NCBI GenBank assembly: GCA_039630575.1
Contig: JBCNUW010000002.1
Span: 32,001-96,000, forward strand
From: Candidatus Hydrothermales bacterium
GTDB lineage: Bacteria; Hydrothermota; Hydrothermia; Hydrothermales; JAJRUZ01
Direction of reading: 5' to 3'
Length of the DNA: 64,000 nt
Part shown: one piece after another, positions 61,801-64,000 of the stretch
How positions within the stretch are numbered: position 1 is the stretch's first letter
How the letters are laid out: the number at the start of each line of letters is the position of its first letter
Made by a program: the position numbers and the translations under genes
The notes under the pieces: generated by a model
Seen by the model: only the letters and a program-made list of their open reading frames with translations
What the model was told of the DNA's origin: nothing
The model's database searches: none

Positions 61801-62954
61801 ATATATATTCAAGAACAATATGGATTCCATCTATGCACCCAGAAGGTGCACGTCTATTTGCTGCAAGCTTTAGGAGGTTTGGACTTAAGGCAAAGGCGCT
61901 TCCCTTATCTGATGAAGAACATCTAAATACCGGAAAGAAGTTCTTAAGAGGTTCTGAATGCCTCCCATGTGCACTTACTCTTGGAACATTTATTTATGAA
62001 ATCAAAAAAGAAGAAAATGATAAACACACACTTTTTATGCCAACTTCAAGTGGTCCATGCAGGTTTGGTCAGTATGCAAATCTTCATAAAATTATATTTG
62101 AAAGAGAAAAAATGGATGTAGAAATACTTTCACCAAATTCCTACAATGCCTATGAAGGTTTACCAAAAGAATTAAGAAAATTTTTGTGGACCACAATACT
62201 AATATTTGATTCACTTTTAAAAGCAAGAAATAGAGTAAGACCTTATGAGAAAAATAAAGGAGAAACAGATAGAATTTATTTTGATTCAATAAACAGGATG
62301 GAAGAGATAATTGAAAGTGGAGAAGATCCTTATTTATGTTTAGAAGAATGTTTTAATAATTTTTCAAAAATAGAAAGAGAAAATGTTAAAAAGCCCCTTG
62401 TAGGTATAGTTGGTGAAATATATGTAAGGTTAGATCCCTTTTCAAATGATGATGTTATTCAATCTGTTGAAAAATGCTCCTGTGAAGCCTGGCTTTCACC
62501 GGTTTCAGAGTGGATATGGTATACTGATTTTACAGCAAGATGGAGAGCAAAAAATAAAAGAAATTTGAAAGAATATTTGATAACACTCTTAAAGAATAGA
62601 TTTTTTAGAGAAATTGAAGAAAAAATTTATGAAATAACAAAAGATGTGATAGGAGATAGAAAAGAGCCTGAAATTGACGAAATTATGAAAAAAGTAGAAG
62701 AATTTATTCCTTATAATTTTGGAACTGAAGCACCTTTAACTATTGGAAGAGCGATTATTTTTAAAGAGCAAGGAGCAAAAGCAGTTATAAATGTCTCTCC
62801 TTTCACTTGTATGCCTGGAAATATTTCTCAAGCCTTTTCTCATTTTATTTCCTCTAAAATAAATATTCCGTTTATAAACATTTTCTATGATGGACAAAAA
62901 GGGAGTAACGAAGACCTTGAAATATTTTTAAGAAATCTTGTTACATCTGAATAA
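58887..62954 (+). CDS. CoA-substrate-specific enzyme activase fusion (2x BadF/BcrAD ATPase + DUF2229 + dehydratase-like domain)
   Basis: GIDIG twice, CAAGTG/CSAGTG, RCTVF, IGGQDSK, FCLPVK, CGPD, GPCRFGQY, VGEIYVR, PFTCMPG. Confidence 0.88.
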   Translation: MRKIGIDIGNLYLKAVKVEDNKIKEKLMIFHKKEVIPILKEFLKDKDFCIGFTGSFIKEYPPDFPYFEEVKSLIFSVKKLYPFVKYIFDIGANSSKIIEIDENGNLKNIYKNYLCAAGTGTFFDQQIKRLSLSYEEIENWNIPINNIPPIASRCTVFAKTDLINRQQEGYSKKEIWAGLCKSLSKGILNSLLKGKKIDGKLILAGGLSKNKFFVNYLKEELKDFLIESELSPFLGAIGAAFLSDIKFNKDFIFHLENSLKEKKHKKISRAPQLTLLKSKHIEKKDFHEEEIDGVEVRIYNIKENQELNVYFGIDIGSTSTKCVLMDENYTILIDLYTRTKGEPIKATKKILETILKIKEKFNLKINIIGCGTTGSGRKIVGEFIGADIIVNEITAHAKGALKVHKDAEVIFEIGGQDSKYIRLKNGKVYECNMNYICSAGTGSFIEEEANKLGFNIKELGDLLKDISPPQIGERCTVFMDQDIEKLLSLGFTKEEVMGACIYSIAHNYLNKVVGKKYIPKGKIIFQGATARNKALVAAFEKICDREIVVSPYSHIMGAYGTAIILKENLKDKTKFKGFEIKDEEEKIWYENCILCENKCKITYLKSKDKVVSFGYQCGREPDDNKKREREEISLFNFYKNEAFKLSQSKNNLKIYIPRILSSYSLFPLYKTFLENLGYKVLVSKHPDRESIEKGKELSSSEFCLPVKVSFGLISEILDKDALIFLPWIINYPSKDKGYNYFCPYVESGAGYIFSTFKSKGIKEEKFLTPVFDFLFPGNLYKYFEKLGINKNKVKKALKEGIKAQKIFEEKIKREKEKILQEIRDKNKKFIVLFGRPYIIFCDSLNLLIPLKFANMGLKVIPWNFLAGEESEIPIKNMYWYYGKRVIEVAEFIKDKENLFPVYLSCFSCGPDSFLLSYLEEIFKDKPFLILELDEHGGEAVFQTRLEAFYDVIKDYKQDKKIFHISKELERKDIYSRTIWIPSMHPEGARLFAASFRRFGLKAKALPLSDEEHLNTGKKFLRGSECLPCALTLGTFIYEIKKEENDKHTLFMPTSSGPCRFGQYANLHKIIFEREKMDVEILSPNSYNAYEGLPKELRKFLWTTILIFDSLLKARNRVRPYEKNKGETDRIYFDSINRMEEIIESGEDPYLCLEECFNNFSKIERENVKKPLVGIVGEIYVRLDPFSNDDVIQSVEKCSCEAWLSPVSEWIWYTDFTARWRAKNKRNLKEYLITLLKNRFFREIEEKIYEITKDVIGDRKEPEIDEIMKKVEEFIPYNFGTEAPLTIGRAIIFKEQGAKAVINVSPFTCMPGNISQAFSHFISSKINIPFINIFYDGQKGSNEDLEIFLRNLVTSE

Positions 62955-63915
62955 GTTCTTTATTATAAGCAAATATACTGAAGATTCCACCAGTATGTAA
63001 AAATAAAATTTTTTTAAACTCTTTTGACTCATTCAGCATACCATAAAAAGCTTTACCTGTGTAAACAGGATCTAAGATTATTCCGTAATTTTCTGAAATT
63101 TTCTTAATCAATTCAATTTCTTCTTTATAAGGAATTCCGTATCCTTCACCTATATATCCATCTACAAGTTCAATATCTGAAGGGGATATCTCTATTGGTA
63201 AATTGTATTTTTTAATTGCCTTTTCACATATATCTTCAATTTTTCCTTTAAAGAATTTAATAGAATCACAAACAATGATACCAACAAGCCTTATATCTAA
63301 ATTAAGTAGTTTCTTGCCAATTAAAAGACCTGCATAAGTTCCACCTGATCCAACTGCTAAATATATGGCTTCGATTTTTTCTTTTTTAATAAATTCTTTC
63401 ATTTCATCCATACATTCAACATATCCAAGGCATCCAACTTCATTTGAGGCTCCTTCAGGAATTATGTAAGGTTTTTTATCTTTCTTTTTTAAATCTTCTG
63501 CAACTTCTTCAAGTATTTCATTTATCCTTTCTTTATATTCATTGTAACTTACATACTTTATTTTTGCTCCAAAAAGGTAATCAAGAAGTAAGTTCCCTTG
63601 ATATTCCGTAGGTTCTCCTCTTAAAACAAGATGAACCTCAAAACCTTCTCTTTTACCTGCATAAGCAGTAGCTCTACAGTGGTTTGACTGCAATCCACCA
63701 CAGGTAATTAAAGTATCACATTCTTTTTCTTTAGCATCAAATATAGCATATTCAAGTTTTCTTATTTTATTTCCAGAAGTTATAAGTCCTGTATAGTCAT
63801 CTCTTTTAATATACACTTTAGCATTATTCCATAGATTTTCTAACAATTCTATCTTTGTAGGTTTCCATGCAAGATTTATTTTTCGTTTTTTTAATTTTTC
63901 AAAAATCTTTTTCAT
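62941..63915 (-). CDS. D-cysteine desulfhydrase family PLP enzyme (start reassigned to ATG 63915)
   Basis: KRDD..G...SGNKIRKLEY, QSNH, GSGGT, DPVYTGK and HTGG motifs. Confidence 0.88.
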   Translation of the reverse strand: MKKIFEKLKKRKINLAWKPTKIELLENLWNNAKVYIKRDDYTGLITSGNKIRKLEYAIFDAKEKECDTLITCGGLQSNHCRATAYAGKREGFEVHLVLRGEPTEYQGNLLLDYLFGAKIKYVSYNEYKERINEILEEVAEDLKKKDKKPYIIPEGASNEVGCLGYVECMDEMKEFIKKEKIEAIYLAVGSGGTYAGLLIGKKLLNLDIRLVGIIVCDSIKFFKGKIEDICEKAIKKYNLPIEISPSDIELVDGYIGEGYGIPYKEEIELIKKISENYGIILDPVYTGKAFYGMLNESKEFKKILFLHTGGIFSIFAYNKELIQM

Positions 63916-64000
63916 GGTAATATTATAATCAAAATGTTTTAATTTTTTAAATTTCAATCATGTTAGTTTCTAAATCAAAAAATTTGAAATGGAGAAAGGC

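Noticed and set aside
1249..62289. Many 60-125 aa ORFs antisense to or nested in long genes (e.g. 1249-1473, 15276-15548, 29830-30162, 41937-42206, 58745-59119)
   Set aside because: Shadow frames of well-supported genes; rich in F/L/S/I as expected from the reverse complement of K/E-rich coding DNA, with no motifs.
62941..63957. ACC deaminase, and the longer TTG start at 63957
   Set aside because: DPVYT and HTGG lack the Glu/Leu signature of true ACC deaminases; ATG 63915 sits 6 nt after TATAAT and fits the expected family length.

Overview
AT-rich bacterial chromosomal window. PorV, T9SS-like C-terminal tails, an OGG2-type glycosylase and DUF1122 suggest a thermophilic, diderm, FCB-related lineage such as WOR-3; this taxonomy is inference. 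The left third is mostly housekeeping: pdp, lysC, an aminotransferase, DUF62, PorV, 2-oxoacid:ferredoxin oxidoreductase, a 2-oxoacid dehydrogenase complex, gpsA and uvrB. From 38378 to 22873 a continuous minus-strand envelope gene run begins with an atypical chaperone-usher-like pilus cassette (two paralogous pilin-like subunits, a PapD-like chaperone, and a barrel-like plus SdrD-B protein). It runs directly into a DUF1175 / thioester alpha-2-macroglobulin / transpeptidase-only PBP / SpoIID / OmpA operon. 38.4-44 kb is a decayed region with an IS1634-like remnant, a TlpA pseudogene and a secreted-protein pseudogene. Next come an McrC(DUF2357)-McrB pair with an unrecognised McrB N-terminal domain, an NAD-linked formate dehydrogenase with fused NuoE-NuoF, a heptad-repeat protein, a SpoIID-T9SS protein, a CoA-activase fusion and D-cysteine desulfhydrase. 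Three patterns recur across the window: two genes apparently start at ATA coupled to the upstream stop, many genes have leaderless-type promoters, and envelope proteins carry ultra-short N-terminal hydrophobic leaders. No rRNA, tRNA or CRISPR array was seen. All family calls come from motif recognition by eye, not database searches.
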